From contig MU053810.1 in the NCBI GenBank assembly GCA_013239625.1, positions 6,606,122 to 6,670,121 of the forward strand: 64,000 bases of DNA. The letters run 5' to 3'. A program made the translations under genes and the position numbers. Shown piece by piece: positions 1 to 13,944 of the stretch. The notes below the pieces were generated by a model. It was not told where the DNA came from and did no database searches. It saw only the letters and a program-made list of their open reading frames with translations. Numbering within the stretch: position 1 is the first letter of the stretch; each line of letters begins with the position of its first letter. The DNA is from Lama guanicoe. Taxonomy: Eukaryota.

Positions 1-279
1 ATACTTAGCCCAGATAGAAATCTCAGGATATAAATATAACAGGATATGATAAAGATGGTATAAATCAGTGAAGAGAGGAATAGTCAAAAAATGCTGTTGA
101 GACAATTAATAGGTCGGTAAGTTAGATAAGATACTCTCTTTAAATCTTATAGTTAAAAAGTCCAGATGCATGCAGCAGAAAACTATAAAATGAAATAATA
201 GGACTGAAACTCTGTTAGATATTAGTGTGTGAAAGAACTTTCTAAGCATAAAAGCGATTAGAGGAGTCACAAAGTCTTA

Positions 280-420
280 ATTATTATTTATTTATTTATT
301 TTATTAAAGTATAGTTGATTTACATATCAGGTGTACAGCAAAGTGATTAATATATATATATCTATATATCTCGATTATTTTTCAGATTCTTTTCCATTAG
401 AGGTTATTATGAGATGCTGA
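280..420 (-). mobile_element. L1 3'-end fragment (artiodactyl-type L1 tail)
   Basis: (TTTA)n followed by ttaaagtatagttgatttaca...caggtgtacagcaaagtgatt...ttcagattcttttccatta, the reverse complement of the typical laurasiatherian L1 3' terminus. Confidence 0.75.
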
Positions 421-552
421 TGGACAAAGTTTTTAAAACAAATGATTTAAAGTGTATAATTATCAATAGTCTTAAAACTAAAAGGCTAATGTCAAATAAG
501 AATAAATAGTTGTAACACCTATGACAGACTAAAGATTATCCTTATAGTTCAC

Positions 553-561
553 TGTGTGTGC

Positions 562-594
<33 letters not shown>

Positions 595-608
595 GTCATA
601 TATATAGT
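553..608. repeat. Compound (TG)n(TA)n microsatellite
   Basis: Directly visible dinucleotide runs. Confidence 0.95.
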
Positions 609-2929
609 TCATTGTATTTGTGTGTATATTTGGATATATGTATGTGTGTGAGTGCATAAAATTTTAAAGAAAATATACCATATATTAACAGTAGTAATAA
701 GTGTATGGTGTGATTGCAGGTAACTTTTAATGCTCATTTTAAAACTTTTCTATATTTTCAAATATTCTGTAACAACTAGGTATTGTTTTTATAAGCAGAC
801 AAGAAAGTAGGTCGCAATGAGAATAGTCTCCAAGATATTGCAGAAGTGTCCCAAGCAGAAGTGTGAACGATATTAAAATAAAAAAGCATGTAGTTTCCAG
901 CGTCTACGGTGCATGCTGTGGTTCTCACCAAAAGTGCTAAAAAGCATGCAGACCACAATGTGAACAGATCACATGCTCTATAAAAGAACTCTGCACACTT
1001 GCAGGGAAATCTCAATGGGCAGAGGTACGTGACTATAGCGCTCAGAGGAAGTCAGCCATTGTGGACAGAAACTCACTTCTGTAAATCCTGATGGGTTCTC
1101 AGCCTGCCTGATGAGCCAAGAGGGGGAAAACCCCATTTCCTCATATAAATCAGGGGAACAAAGCATAGAGCTAACTCCCAAAATAACAGTGATGGAGGCT
1201 TATGGATATGACAGTAACAACTAAAGCCAAGGGCGGCCTCTAATCTTCACAGATTAATGGACTTTCCTGAAGTAATAAAATTTCCCACTATCTGTATTTT
1301 ATTTTTATTTTCCAAAAAGAGAAACTAAGGGAAAAGTAATATTCACACTACATCAACACTGTCTTTGAAACTCTGAAGTCCATTGTTTCTCTTGTGTATC
1401 TAATGGTGCACGTGAAGGCTCTGAATTTCTTTTAACATTGTTAAGGAACACAGCCTTTTTGTAGAGAGCTGTGTCTGTCTAAAAATAGGCCTGTTTTCAA
1501 ATATGAACTAAAACTCCTACAGCTTGAATTAAACACATCCTTTCAAATCAGAATAGTTGGGAGTGGTGTGATTTGTTTATATGAGACCACAGAATACTGG
1601 CTTTGACTGCTTGTTACAAAATCTAAATAGGAAATTGGCTGAACTTTACATTTACAATGAGAAAATTTTTCTAAATTGTTCATAGACTTGTATTTTCTAT
1701 ATGCAAATGCAAAGTTTCTCAAAACATGAGTCTTGCCTCCTTCTTGGTAAATCCCACCACCCATCCTCCTTGACGATGTGACCCAGAAGTCTCGAACTAC
1801 TTCCGAGAAGACCTCTGTTCCCTGTGACTTTCACATGCTGTCTCCACTGTCTGGGGTGAATGGACTCTGTATGAAGATGGCCAGAGTTTGTATCTTGTTG
1901 GTCCTTTTGCTAACATCTGCCCCCAAATTCAAATTTAGTAAATACACCGGCATTGAATGAGTGTGACACACTTACATTATATCCAATCCACTCTTAGGAC
2001 TAGGAAGGAAAAGTTGGTGCCAGTTCTTGAATATTCAGCTTTCTGAATAATCTCCTAAGCCTCTTTTGTGGTTTTACTTGTGATGATTCTATTTCTCTGC
2101 TTCTTTTAATAGGGTTCTTTCCCATATTTTATTTGTGTTTGACATTATATGAAGTAGTGGCTTTTGCTTTTAATAATATCCAGTAAACAAACTGTAAAAA
2201 CCCGAAGCATGATTGACTTTAGGTAAAACAATAAACCCAAACCATGGCTTCTCAGCACCCACACACCTTGCAGACGTAGTAAGAAATTCTCAAGATTCTT
2301 CATGGGTATGGATTATTTCCTCCTCACATCTTCCTGGATGAACATCCTAACAAAAAACTATTCTAGGAAGATCATGTGGGAGAATAGCTTTTCTGGTGCT
2401 TCTCAAAAGGCCAGGCTGAATTTTTCCCCAGCTTTCCTTTCCTGCTCTTCATTTAGAATAAGAACATGTCTTTCTTTTGTAGCAAAACAAATAAACAGAA
2501 AACAACAGCAAACTGTTAGCAATGACATTGTGCAACAGACTCCAGGCTTTTTCTTTTTCCTTATGTTTTCTGAAGAGAAAATGATTACACTGTGGCTTGC
2601 CATTGATTAACTAAAATCATCCAACTCTAGACAGAAAGTGCAGCACAGAAACCATAGCAACCTCCATGAAAATGATTCCCATAATGACACGCTTTCAGAG
2701 TATCCAGGCTTCCAGGTGGTAATTGCTCACCATTTTTGTCTGCGTGGCTGGGTCATCCACCGTGAAATCGGTTGGGATTCACTTGTGAAGGCCATTCTGA
2801 TTATGAAAGGGGAGCTCATATTGGCTGCTTAGATGTGGCAACAGAAAAATTCATTTTTGATGTACTGAACTTGATGTATTGATGAAGGAGGAATCATCCA
2901 CACTCACATTACTATATTAGGAATCCATA

Positions 2930-3288
2930 TGTATCTTGTCTTTGTCTGCCTGGGCTACTATAACAACAAAAAAAAAAATCCCAGAATGGGTGACTCAAGT
3001 AATGGATATTTACTATTTATTTCTCACAGTTCTGGAAGCTGGGAGGTCCAAGACCAAGGAACTGAAAGATTTGGTGCCTGGTGAGGACTACTTGCTGTGT
3101 CCTCATGTGGCAGAAAGGGTGAGGGAGCTCTTTGAAGGTCTCTTTTTATAAAGGCACTAATCCCATTCATGAGGACTCCACCCTCATGACTTAACCACCT
3201 CTCAAAGTTGCCACCTCCAAATACCATCACACTGGGGGTTAAGTTTCAACATATGAATCTGGGAGTAAATAAACATTCAATGAACAAC
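2930..3288 (-). mobile_element. MLT1A-type (ERVL-MaLR) solo LTR
   Basis: atttctcacagttctggaagctgggaggtccaaga...aaggcactaatcccattcatgagg...ccacctccaaataccatcacactgggggttaagtttcaacatatgaat are MLT1 hallmark motifs in antisense. Confidence 0.85.
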
Positions 3289-5624
3289 ATATTTGCAACC
3301 ATTAATTGAGTTTTAATTTCACTTAATCAACTAGATGTTAGTCTCATTTCAGACTCTGAAGAGTTGCCTGCATTCTGTGGACCACAGATAGCTCTCTCAT
3401 TGGGGACTGTTCTTCAAGTAGAATAATCGAGAGCAGGAATATTGAAATTTGCCAGTGGTATTTCAACAATTTATTTTATGAAGACATCTATTTCACTGCC
3501 AACCATAAACTCAAAAGATGAAAGACTGCAACTCTAAAATGAAAACTTCAATAGCAGTGAAATCACCTTTCCCCACAAGGGAAAAGCTTAGAAATAATAA
3601 TCTTTCTTTACTTAAATCAGGGGATTTTTTTTTCACCATTTGGAATAATCTTTCTTACCACATTTGCAAAAAAACAAAATAAAACAAAACAAAACCCATA
3701 TTTAATACATACAGAGCCAAAAGAATACACAGTCTTTCAACATTGTCTCCCTGGTATTTAAGAATTTGTTGATGTATGATGCAGCCAACTATTAGAGGCA
3801 AACGTTGGAAATATCTTACAGATTGTTTTAAATGCAGGCTTTTGTTTACTGAGAAGAATCAAAAGGTATCTTATCCAAACTTTACTGTGCTACTTAACTT
3901 TGCATTTTAACATTGTTCTAAAGAAGACATTTATTCATTCTTTCTTTTTCTTTAATCCAGCAGATAACATCGAATGTCTCGCATGTGGTAAATACCTTGG
4001 TGGGCATGGGGACAACCAAAACAAAAATTACCTTTCTTCAGGAAGCCTACAGTCTAGAAACCTTCAAGTTACTGCCAGTAAAGAAATCAAGGAGTATCTA
4101 AAGGTTTTTAGGGTAATTGAAGAAGCAAGATGGCTTCCAGACACCTTACTTGTTTTCTCTGAAGCTCTTCCTTTTTTATAGGCTGCTTAAGTTTTATGCA
4201 CTAATCTTTTGTTAAAGCTACTCTTGAACCAAGAGATAGTAATAATCTCCTGTTTGATAATGAAAAGCGTGCCTCAGTCTAAGATTTCTGTAGGCTGTGG
4301 TTAGATTGGAAAGAGCAAGGCTTTGGACCACGATTAAACGAGGATACAGAGGCAAGAAGGTAACAGAGATTGTAAACGCATATCACAACATTTGGAAACT
4401 GAATTTTGAGTCATTTCCATATAATTTTTATTTATCTATGACTGTTTCCATGTCTCTAAGTCTTCTGCCTCAGCAAGACTTTACCTTCTGGGTGGACAAA
4501 CTACATCTTAAACCCCTTTTCTAAATCCATAGTACATAATGGAGCTTAATACATACTTATGACATGACTCCCATCATATAAACTATGATTTAAATGAATG
4601 GAACAATCAGAAACATATTGAGTCCAACCTATGACTTCAGAAGATTGTCACAACTTATTATTTTGAGAGTTTGTATCAGTTTCAAACTTGAAGTTGGGTG
4701 TTAGTCATCATTTACATCCACTTTGGGGTTATGTAAGGCTATTTCTTGAAACCAGATATAATGGTGAATACGTAAGTTTGCATTTCACATTCTCCTTTTA
4801 AAGAACTAATTTAGCTTATCTCTCAGAAACAGGTTTGATTAATTTAAAACATGCCCTTGGATATCGACTTTTCAGAATGAAAGCCTGCTGTGGCTTGTAA
4901 GCTGTGAGCCAATGAGGCAAAATCAAAAACAAGCCGTGGAGTCAGCAGAATCCCTGCCACTTTCCAAGGGCTTGACCTCTCATGCTGTCTAGTTAATGTC
5001 TAATTCTTTATCATCATTAATTACTGTTTTTAACATGATTGGTAAAATGTGCGGGATTGTGAAAAGGGGATATACTTTTAAGTTGTTATGTGAAAGGTTT
5101 TTCAGAAAACCTAATATATCACTAAGGCAAGAATTCATGTAGGAAGCTCATCTCTCCCTCTGAGGTGAGCAGTATATGTTGGGGATGGAGGAATGAAGTG
5201 TTTAGTTAATGCTCACTGGCTGGCAGATTATTACAGCTGAAGTCATAATAGAGATGGTTTTGCTTATATAAGTAAAGGTTATATTATCTGTACTATTGAA
5301 GACAAAAAGGCATGGAAAGTGAAAAAATTCCTCTCAACTTACACTGAAATGCAACTAGATAGAATTTTGAAAGAGATGATGAGTCAGAATTTTTTAAAAG
5401 GCCTTGTGTGTGCATCCATCATGATAGCGAAAAAAAATTTTTTTTTGTACCTACCCTGCCTGTAATGTACGAAGAACTGACTTGGTAGTTGCTCTTTCTT
5501 GGACCCTGTGGGTGTTACAGAAGTCTGAATAGCAATTCCACATTATTTAGTTCCCGTACCTACCACTTACGTTTACATGACTAGCTATTTCATTGACTGG
5601 ACGCTGCTCTCCAAAGGGCAAGCA

Positions 5625-5750
5625 CTGGAGTCTGAATCCATCCAAATCCATTTAAAGCATGGATGAGAGTCAAGCCAATCTGGTTTTTAATCCTGGCTCT
5701 GCCTCTTACTTGCTTTGTGTCACTGCACAAGTTGCCTACCTTCTGCAAAG
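5625..5750 (+). mobile_element. MIR fragment
   Basis: tctggtttttaatcctggctctgcctcttacttgctttgtgtcactgcacaagttgcctacc resembles the MIR 5' core. Confidence 0.5.
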
Positions 5751-6309
5751 ACAAGAATAAGCACCTAGGAAATGGTAGTCATTGCACGATTTTGTTAACA
5801 TGGTGGAATGGTTTTAGGATGGTGTGGGGGCACTGAGAAATGGAGTCATGGAGGTGGGGAAAGGAGAGCATTTAATCTGCTCTAGGTAAGAGGTATTATG
5901 GTTTCGTGTAATGGTTTTAACTACCAGTCTCTGGTTCTACTACGTCAGAGACACTTGGAGATTATTTTTAGTGTAGACTTCTAATCCTATGCCTTGACCC
6001 TCTCTGCAGAAATATTTTCTTTACTCACCAGCTCATAAATGAAATTGAACAAACCAACAAGAAAACAACAACAACAACAAAACCAAATTACCCCAGTAGT
6101 TTGGGGTTGACTTTGTGTCACTTCTCAGTAATAATTTTCACTATAATTGAACCACTTGGGATAAAACCAAACAAAAAGCTTGCTTACAGCACAGGCACAT
6201 AATCACTAAAGTCAGAGGATAAAAAAGATGTCTGGTAGCATCACCACTATTTGAGATTGCTCTATGAATATTAGCATTGGCTAGTAAAGAATGAGAATAG
6301 TGTATAAGC

Positions 6310-7090
6310 TGGAATTCAGACACCAAATTTTCATTATTTGCAGTTGATATGATTATCTAGAAAGCTCAAGAAAATAAAGGGGGAAATATGCTAGAATTAA
6401 GAAAAGAATTAAGAGAAGAGAATTCTATATTTAAAATATAAATATATAACATTGATTAAACGTCCCTATATGTGGACAACAGCCAATTAAAATATACAAG
6501 GGGGAAAGTCCTAATTCCTTATAATGAAAAAACAAACAAAAAAATCAATTTAACAATAAAGACAGAAAAGTCACTATAAGAAAATTTAAAACACACTGAG
6601 GTAATTCATAAAAATACTTCGAGCAGCTGGAAAGTACACCAGTTTCCTGGAATACAATAAAGATATTAAATATCATTAAAGTAATTTTAAGGCTAAAGAA
6701 AGTCTACTAGTACTCAGTAGGTATTTGCTATTATTTTATTTAAACTGCTTGCTCTGATACGTATAAGTGAAATTGGTTTGTAGTTTTCCTTTTTGAACCA
6801 TCGGGAAAGATAATGAGGGCAAATGACCAGAACAATTTAGAACAAATAAGGTGGTAGCAAAGAAAAAATTATACAAATTATTAAAAACCTGTTTTAAAAA
6901 TATAAACAATATGCTACTGGATCAAAAATAGACTTCCAAGTAAATGTAACAGGATGGAACATCTTGGAATAGATCCTGATATTTAGAATCTGGCAAAGCC
7001 CATTATTTCAAATAGGTCAGAAAATAAACTAGTAGTTAATAAATTATGCTGGAGCAAACAGTCATTTTATTTGGGAAAAACAGTTTGACC
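6310..7090 (+). mobile_element. Highly diverged old L1 ORF2 fragment (L1ME-like)
   Basis: A-rich sequence with L1 ORF2 motifs (tcattatttgcagttgatatgattatct; aacaatatgctactggatcaaaaatagac; ctggagcaaacagtcatt). Confidence 0.55.
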
Positions 7091-7139
7091 CCTGCCTCAG
7101 CCCTTGTATACCTGAAAAAAAAAAGACAAAAATACAAGC

Positions 7140-7350
7140 TGACTTGCTGTGTGTCGGGCCCAATTCTAAGCACTTTGTGTATAGTAACTAATTTAACCCA
7201 CACAACAACCCATGAGGTAGTTACTATAATTATCCCCATTCCTCCGATAAGAAGATGGAGACACAGAAAGGTTGAGTAACTTGCCCGAGATCCTACAGCT
7301 ATTAAACAGGCAGAGGAGCCTTCACACTCAGATAATCTGGCTCGAGTCAG
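7140..7350 (-). mobile_element. MIR SINE
   Basis: ttctaagcacttt...cacaacaacccatgaggtag...tatccccatt...gagacacagaaaggttgagtaacttgcccgagatc is the antisense MIR core. Confidence 0.85.
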
Positions 7351-8229
7351 AACTCAGCCTCTACACTGAACTCTCTGTCCTACTGTGCCATTCTTTTAGT
7401 TTACCACCAGAGTCTACTTAGTACCTTTGTATTTAACTTTGCCCATTGGTATTTATTCAGAGGTGAACATTGTTTTTAGTTTTCCTTTTTGCACTGCTTT
7501 TGTCCGATTTTGATATGACTGCTATTTTGGCTTCATGAAAAAGAACTTGGAAGCTTTCCATCACTCTGTTCTAGAGCACTTTCAATGTCAGAGAAGCATC
7601 TTTTAGTTGAATAAATGGAAAGTCTCACAGAGTCATTCCTTGTGTTAAGATCCTAAGAGGTGTTTCCACGAACATGATTCATACTCCCAAGGGGAAGGAC
7701 GGGGCACTGGGATGGTCACATGGCCTCCCGTTTCTGGTGGTTGTGCTGTTGAAACATGAAACTGAACGGACCCTCTGACAGGAGGGCAGAGGACTGAAAA
7801 TCAGAGAACTGTGTTCACTGTGCTGTCCCCTGAGTCTGGGTGCAGACTTATGATCAACCGCAACACTCCCTGGTGCACATCTCCTGCTGAAGTCGCTCCT
7901 CTGGAGTTTAGGGGAGGGGATCCTGCCAGGGCGCAGGCATGATCAGACCCATATTTAGAAGGAGGTGCGGCTGAGTCAACCACCCTTCATGACTCCCGCG
8001 TGCTGCTAATCAGAGGTCTATTATGAGGGACTGTGGCTGAGCCATCACTCTGGCAACTCTGAACTATGTGCAAAACGATGCCCATCCCAGAAAGGTTCTC
8101 CCTGAGAAATAATCAGTGGATTGTGCAAAAAAAGTTCTCCAGTCGACCAAAGCGTTGTCCCCCAAACTGGTTCCTTGGACATATTTCTCACTGATTGATG
8201 GCAAAAGGCAAAGAAGGGTACAACCAATC

Positions 8230-8400
8230 ATACCATTTTAACCCCAGAGAACTTATTCCTCATCCATCCATTTTACAGATGAGGAAACTGAGGTCCAGAA
8301 AGTTGAAATAACTTTCTTAAGGTTTGTCAGTTTTCAGTGACTAAATGAAGTTTCAAAACTAGATTTCCTGGCTTTGAGCCTTCCCTCTTCACTATTCTGT
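8230..8400 (-). mobile_element. MIR SINE fragment
   Basis: ccattttacagatgaggaaactgaggtccagaaagttgaaataactt MIR core. Confidence 0.75.
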
Positions 8401-8724
8401 CCTCTGTCTCTTACTCCACCAGTGAATGGAATTGAATATTCTAGACAAGAACCCTTGTGTTTGGCTGTACAATTCCCAGGGGTGGCATTCGCTAAGATAC
8501 AGAGGATGGGTACCACTGCCCTTGGTGGACCATGGCCCTTGACTTGGACCAGGTCAGTGACAGCCTTGGTGAAGTGGGGTGGTATCTGTCTTCTAATTTT
8601 TGCTCTTATGGGAATTCTTTTGCGAATACAGTTCCCTCCCTACAGTAACTCAAGATGAACTAAGTTGAAAGAGCTTCACTGGCTGCCAGAAAAAATCATC
8701 CTTTTCTTTAGAATATAATACATT

Positions 8725-8876
8725 CTTTTAAAAAAATTATTATTGAAGAATAGTGGATTTATAATATTATATTAGCTGCAGGCATACAGCATAGTAATTC
8801 AGTTATTTTTTTCTGATTATTTTCTATTATAGGTCATTACAAGACATTGAAGAGAATTCCCTGTGCTGTGCAGCAA
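8725..8876 (-). mobile_element. L1 3'-end fragment
   Basis: ttattgaagaatagtggatttataatattatattag...caggcatacagcatagtaattcag...ttccctgtgctgtgcagcaaat. Confidence 0.75.
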
Positions 8877-11364
8877 ATAGAACATAATTCATTCTTACCA
8901 GTGCTATCATGGGGCCTAACTCAGGCCTCCTGAGGGTGAATTATTTTGCAAAATCCTTGGTTCTTTGTGCAAAGAAATTTTTGGCTGTTTCATACTACAG
9001 GCCATCAGACCGTCGGGTATGTCTGCATCTCTGCAGTGACAGGCTCAAGCTGACAGCTCAAGCTGACAGCACCCTCAGTATAATAATGAAGCTGATTCTC
9101 TGCAAGGATAGTACCCAGTAAAAGAGGGTTCTTATGAGTCAGTGTGGAAAAAATAGAACAAGTGTCCAGGGAATCTGGCTTCTTATCTGACTCCAGGACA
9201 TACCAGCTGGGTGGTTGGGAAAGTTATTTCATCTCTCCAGATCTCATTTTCTCAACTCTAGATCAATAAAATCAGACCCACTATGCACTGATTCCTTCCT
9301 ACAGTAAATATATGACTTACACGGCACTTTTCCTGTGGCATCTCATTCTCCAGAGACATCCACGTCAGCCAGGGGTGTGAGCACCTAGACATCTAATTTC
9401 CTATCACTCCAAATGAACAACTTTCTCAATGGTTGTATCAGCTCTTGTCCTCTGAATTTGTGGAGGGTCAGCCCCCAGGATCCATGTGATCAGACCAGAT
9501 AAGTCACAGGCACAGCTTGGAAGGATGATGAGAACTCACCTGGAGGTCTGTTTATGCCTCCAGGTATAGGACACGGGGATGATGGCCACGTGCCGGGATC
9601 AGAGTGGCACTGTAAAACCTCTTCACCTGGAACGTGCCTCACTCTACCCTGTAGTGATACCAGGAGGGATGGGACCCTGAGCACGGATTGTCATCGAGAA
9701 TGCCCTGAGGTGGGTGGGGTGAGGTGGCATGTGAAACCTTGAGGACCAGTACCAAGGCCATCAGGGTCCCACCCTGGCACAAGCAGAGTAGTCACGGAAG
9801 GGACTGGGGGCTTCTGAAATGAGAAAGCTCCAAAACCCCACATTTCATAATCCCCCCAGAACTGGGAAGAATTTCAGATGCCCCTGACTGAACAGGCAGA
9901 GCTGGCCCCAATTACCTCCTCTCATAGAAAAAGCTTCCCTGCCATCTGCACATGTTAATTTACAAATTTCAGGTTCGCTGGGCAATCTGAATAGTGGTTT
10001 CCCTCCTCCCCTTCACACACCCGAGGCAACAGCTGAAGGCACTTACTGCTCAACCGTGTGCCAGAGTTTGAGAGATGCAAGTGGTGTGACTTCTGTTTCT
10101 GTATGATTTCTGCCCGCTCGGCTGCCCTGAGCTCATCAGGAACCAGAACCTTCCAGGGGTATTGCACAGATAATGTCAACTCATCCTCACTTTTCAGTTT
10201 CCATTTTCATTGATTCAAGACTAAGAGTTTTCTTCCTCTTCACCTCCATGCCTTGAGTGGCTACTCTCAACAAATTAGGTGAAGGATAAAAGATAAGATA
10301 CAGGCAAACACAGCTATATGAAAGGAGGGGGAAAAAAATCCACGGACTAAAAAGTAAATACGGCTTCACGTAATTTTCTTCTCTCATCAGCCATCCACAA
10401 AGAAGTAAGAGAAGGCAACACGAAAGTTTTATGATTTAACTGAAAGGTTACTCTGTAATGTGTCAAACCCGGGAGAGCAAACAGCATATGTGTACTCAAA
10501 AGCCATTTCCCTTTGACTGCAGTTTCCCCCTCTATTACTCGTATTGCTAAAGATGAATTTTTATGACAGCTTTTCTCTCCTAAACCACATACTGAAATTG
10601 GAAAACCCTGGTAAGATCCGATTAGAGTTTCCGACAATGTTGTATTCCCTTAGGATGAGCCCACATGTGAATGACGGAAAAAGGATAAAAAAAACGCAAC
10701 AAACCTTCCAACTCAGACTTTGTTTCTGTGTTCCTAGGGGGACAGAGTGTGTTGCTTTGAACCAAGGGTTTCTGTGGAGTAAATTCTTGAGTTGCATGTG
10801 AGCGAGAAGCAGGAGGTAAGGTCGTAGCTATTAATTCAAAGTGATGGGAAATGAGGGCTCATGCTGACAGTTAGCTATCTCCATGACATTTTCACTAGTG
10901 TTAAAATCAGGCTAAGTTATGAATCTCTTGATGGGAATTTTGCCCACTGAATAATGCTGAATTAAGAGCTGTAAAGGGTAAGAGCTGTACAGCAAAACTC
11001 AGTCATTAGTTCTGCTCTCCCTACTAAGAGTTAAAAGATTTCTGCTTGAGGAAAGTTTCTCTCTCCTTCATAGAGCAAGATCCAAGATATAAAACAGACT
11101 ATAATCAAGGCATTGGGATATCAAGGAATATCTTCAAATATTACAGAATGAATATTTTCCTTCTTCTTGGGTAGCTGGATTTAGCTTTCCTTACCTCCCC
11201 ACCGGCGGTGGACTACCGGGAACAGGATGAGAGTGGCTGTGGGCTGGGATCTGTCCTACGTCACTTTGGTAGTAGCAGGTACTGGGCTGGAAGGCACAAG
11301 TCTGGAGCCCTGAAGTATTACAGGGCTGGCCACGGGTCCTTTCCAGGGAACTGGGGAGGTGTTT

Positions 11365-11485
11365 CATTCATTTGAAAAATGATGTACTGAGGGGTTGCTA
11401 TGTATCAGGCACCTTTCCAGACAGCTGGGACACATCAGTGGACTAAGCATCACTGTCTTTGTGGAGCATACGTTCTAGTGGGAGG
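11365..11485 (+). mobile_element. L2 fragment (orientation uncertain)
   Basis: ttcattcattt...tactgag...ctatgtatcaggcac...gctgggacacatcagtg...gtggagcatacgttctagtggga is typical of the L2 3' end. Confidence 0.55.
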
Positions 11486-11529
11486 AGGGGTTTGGGCTCT
11501 CCGAAAATACACTTCTCTTTGATGATGAG

Positions 11530-11916
11530 AGCTAGGGACTAAATTGTATCCCCCACTAAATTCATATGTAGAAGCCCCAACCCCCATTGTGACGGTATTT
11601 GGAGATATACGGGGTCTTTAGGAGGTAATTAAGGTTGAATGAGGTCCTAAAGGTTGGCCCTAATCCAATCGGACTGATGATCCTGTAGGAAGAGGAAGAG
11701 AGAGAGGTCTTTCCACACCTGTGCACCAAGGAAAGGCCGTGTGAGGACCTCGTGAGAAGGTGGTCATCTACCCACCAGGAGGGGAGCTCTCACCAGAAAC
11801 TGAATTAGCTAGAACCATGGACTTCTAGTCTCCAGAACTGTAAGCAAATAAATTTCTGTTGTTTACCCGCCCCAGTCTGTGGTGTTTGGTGATGGCGGCC
11901 CTAGCAGACTAACCCA
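11530..11916 (+). mobile_element. MLT1A/B-type solo LTR
   Basis: ctaaattgtatcccccactaaattcatatgtagaagcc...gtatttggagat...ggacttctagtctccagaactgtaagcaaataaatttctgttgttta...ctagcagactaaccca. Confidence 0.88.
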
Positions 11917-12340
11917 GGGATCAAGCCTGCAGAGGGGTCGGCCCCTCGTCCCCTCCCCTCAGCAGCAGGCCCACTGCCCAGTCTTCAGGAGCGAGGCAGC
12001 CACTCATCTTAGCAAGCATTTCAATTAATTAGCCACATTAAAATAAAAACAAAACACCCATGTGCCAGGACAATGCCAAACACAAAAGAGGCGATAAAGA
12101 GCACGGGAGCTAATCAGTGGAAGTTCCCTGCAGCTCTTTGCCTCCCTGTCTATTAGGACAGGAAAGTAGCAGGGGGCCTGCCTGTTATCCCCCAAACATG
12201 GCGTCACAGTAAGTTAAAGCACCTTTGGTTATTCCAGGTGGGTTTGGCATTTTAAAAACCATCAGCAGCAGCATCATCATTATCATCATAGCTATATATT
12301 CATTATCTTGTTTTCATAAAAGTCCTAAAAATGAGATGTG

Positions 12341-12530
12341 AGGGGGGAGGGTGTAGCTCAGTGATAGAGCATGTGCTTAGTATGCACGAGGTCCTGGGTT
12401 CCATCCCTAGCACCTCCATTAAAATAAATCAGCAAAGCTAATTACCTCACCCACTCCCACCAAAAATAAATGAATAAGGCAGCAGACACACTATCTACAT
12501 TAGGCAGTGAAAAGATTCTAAGAAAAAAAA
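12341..12530 (+). mobile_element. Vic-1-type camelid tRNA-derived SINE, inserted in a MIR
   Basis: ggggggagggtgtagctcagtgatagagcatgtgcttagtatgcacgaggtcctgggttccatccctagcacctcc (A/B boxes); TSD aaaaatgagatg at 12327-12338 and 12527-12538. Confidence 0.9.
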
Positions 12531-13944
12531 ATGAGATGCTGTTTTCACCCCTTTTTACATACAAGGAAACCAAATTTTAGAAAATCTGAGAAGCCTGCTC
12601 ATTGGCACAGCTAGTGCCTGGCAGTATGTGACTCTGAGCCCCACAGTCAGCTTCCCCATCCTGTTCCACTTCACCCCACTACCAATAAAAGCTGGATCCC
12701 ACACCCATTACAGTTCCTGTAAATGCTTAACAAATAGAATAAATGCTGTGGCCATTTTTGCTCAGCATTTTTGTAAGGTAAAATAGTCTCAGAATTTACA
12801 CGTCTGTTATTCACTTTGAAAAGACTAGTCACTCCTGTTTTCCTCTCAGCCCTGAATGACCTGGATGCCACCAGAGACTGCCCTGTGACATCAAAGAAAA
12901 AATGAAATATTTTGCCAACAACACCAGGTAAATTTCATCTTCTCCATTCAGCCTACTCATTTTGCATTGATTTGATCAGTGCCCTCAAAACGCAGCAGCC
13001 AAAATCCTACAGTGTTCGGGTGGGGAACAGTCCATTCCGGAGAAGCCGGATTACCCAGATGGAGCAGAGAAATCTGTTACCGGCCTGCAAATATCAACAG
13101 CGCATAATTAGCAGCTGCTAAAATAATAGAAGTCAATTGAACAAAAATATGGTATGCTCAGCACTGATTTATTAAATACCTTATGTTTCCAAACATAGCT
13201 TTCCACGGGGGCTGAAAAGCCTTTGCAGGGCATTACAGCATGTAACCCTGGGTACCAGACACAGAGAATGGACAGGGGTGGGGTCTTTTTGGTTTGTTTT
13301 TGGGGTTTTTTGGGGACAAACTTCTAAAAGGAGCTATTACTATGTCCCACAAACAGGCCCAGACATGACTGTATTACATCTGCCTGATGAAAAAATACAT
13401 TTGTCAAAAGCAACCTTAAAGTGGGCTGCCACTCTCAAAGGCGTCAGTCGCCGTCTCCCTGGGAGACAGCAAAACCCTGCATTTATCTAAATTATCTCAG
13501 TAATATGACAGAGTGATTGCTCACTAATGGTCAGTAACAGTTTTCTTTGTCATTTTCCTAGCCATTACCTCCTCCGAATGAACTCCAGAATAAACGGCTC
13601 GCCGTCGTGACCAGAATGCTAATTTCCCCCTTGTATTTGTGGCTGGTTCTGTAAAACATCTGTGCTTGGTTCTGACATTTCTGACATTTCCATTTTGGGA
13701 AAAAGAATACCTGCCCTTGAAAGCCTGATGAACGCAGAGGTACTTCACCTGCAAAGAAAAACAATTCCATTTGCGTGTTCCCGGGGTTGTGAATTCTGTT
13801 GTTCATCTGATAAAGCATCTAGGGGCTGCTGGAGGTATTTGCAGGGGTGGGCTTCGCCTCCCACAGTTTTATACAGCTATGGCTCGGATTTCCAGATTTC
13901 AGGTCATCCTCCTTTGGAGAGACCTGGTGATGCAGTAAAACCTA

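Noticed and set aside
12341..12416. tRNA-like sequences (also at 25189 and 40325) as tRNA genes
   Set aside because: They have SINE tails, TSDs and scattered substitutions, so they are Vic-1-type SINE heads and not functional tRNAs
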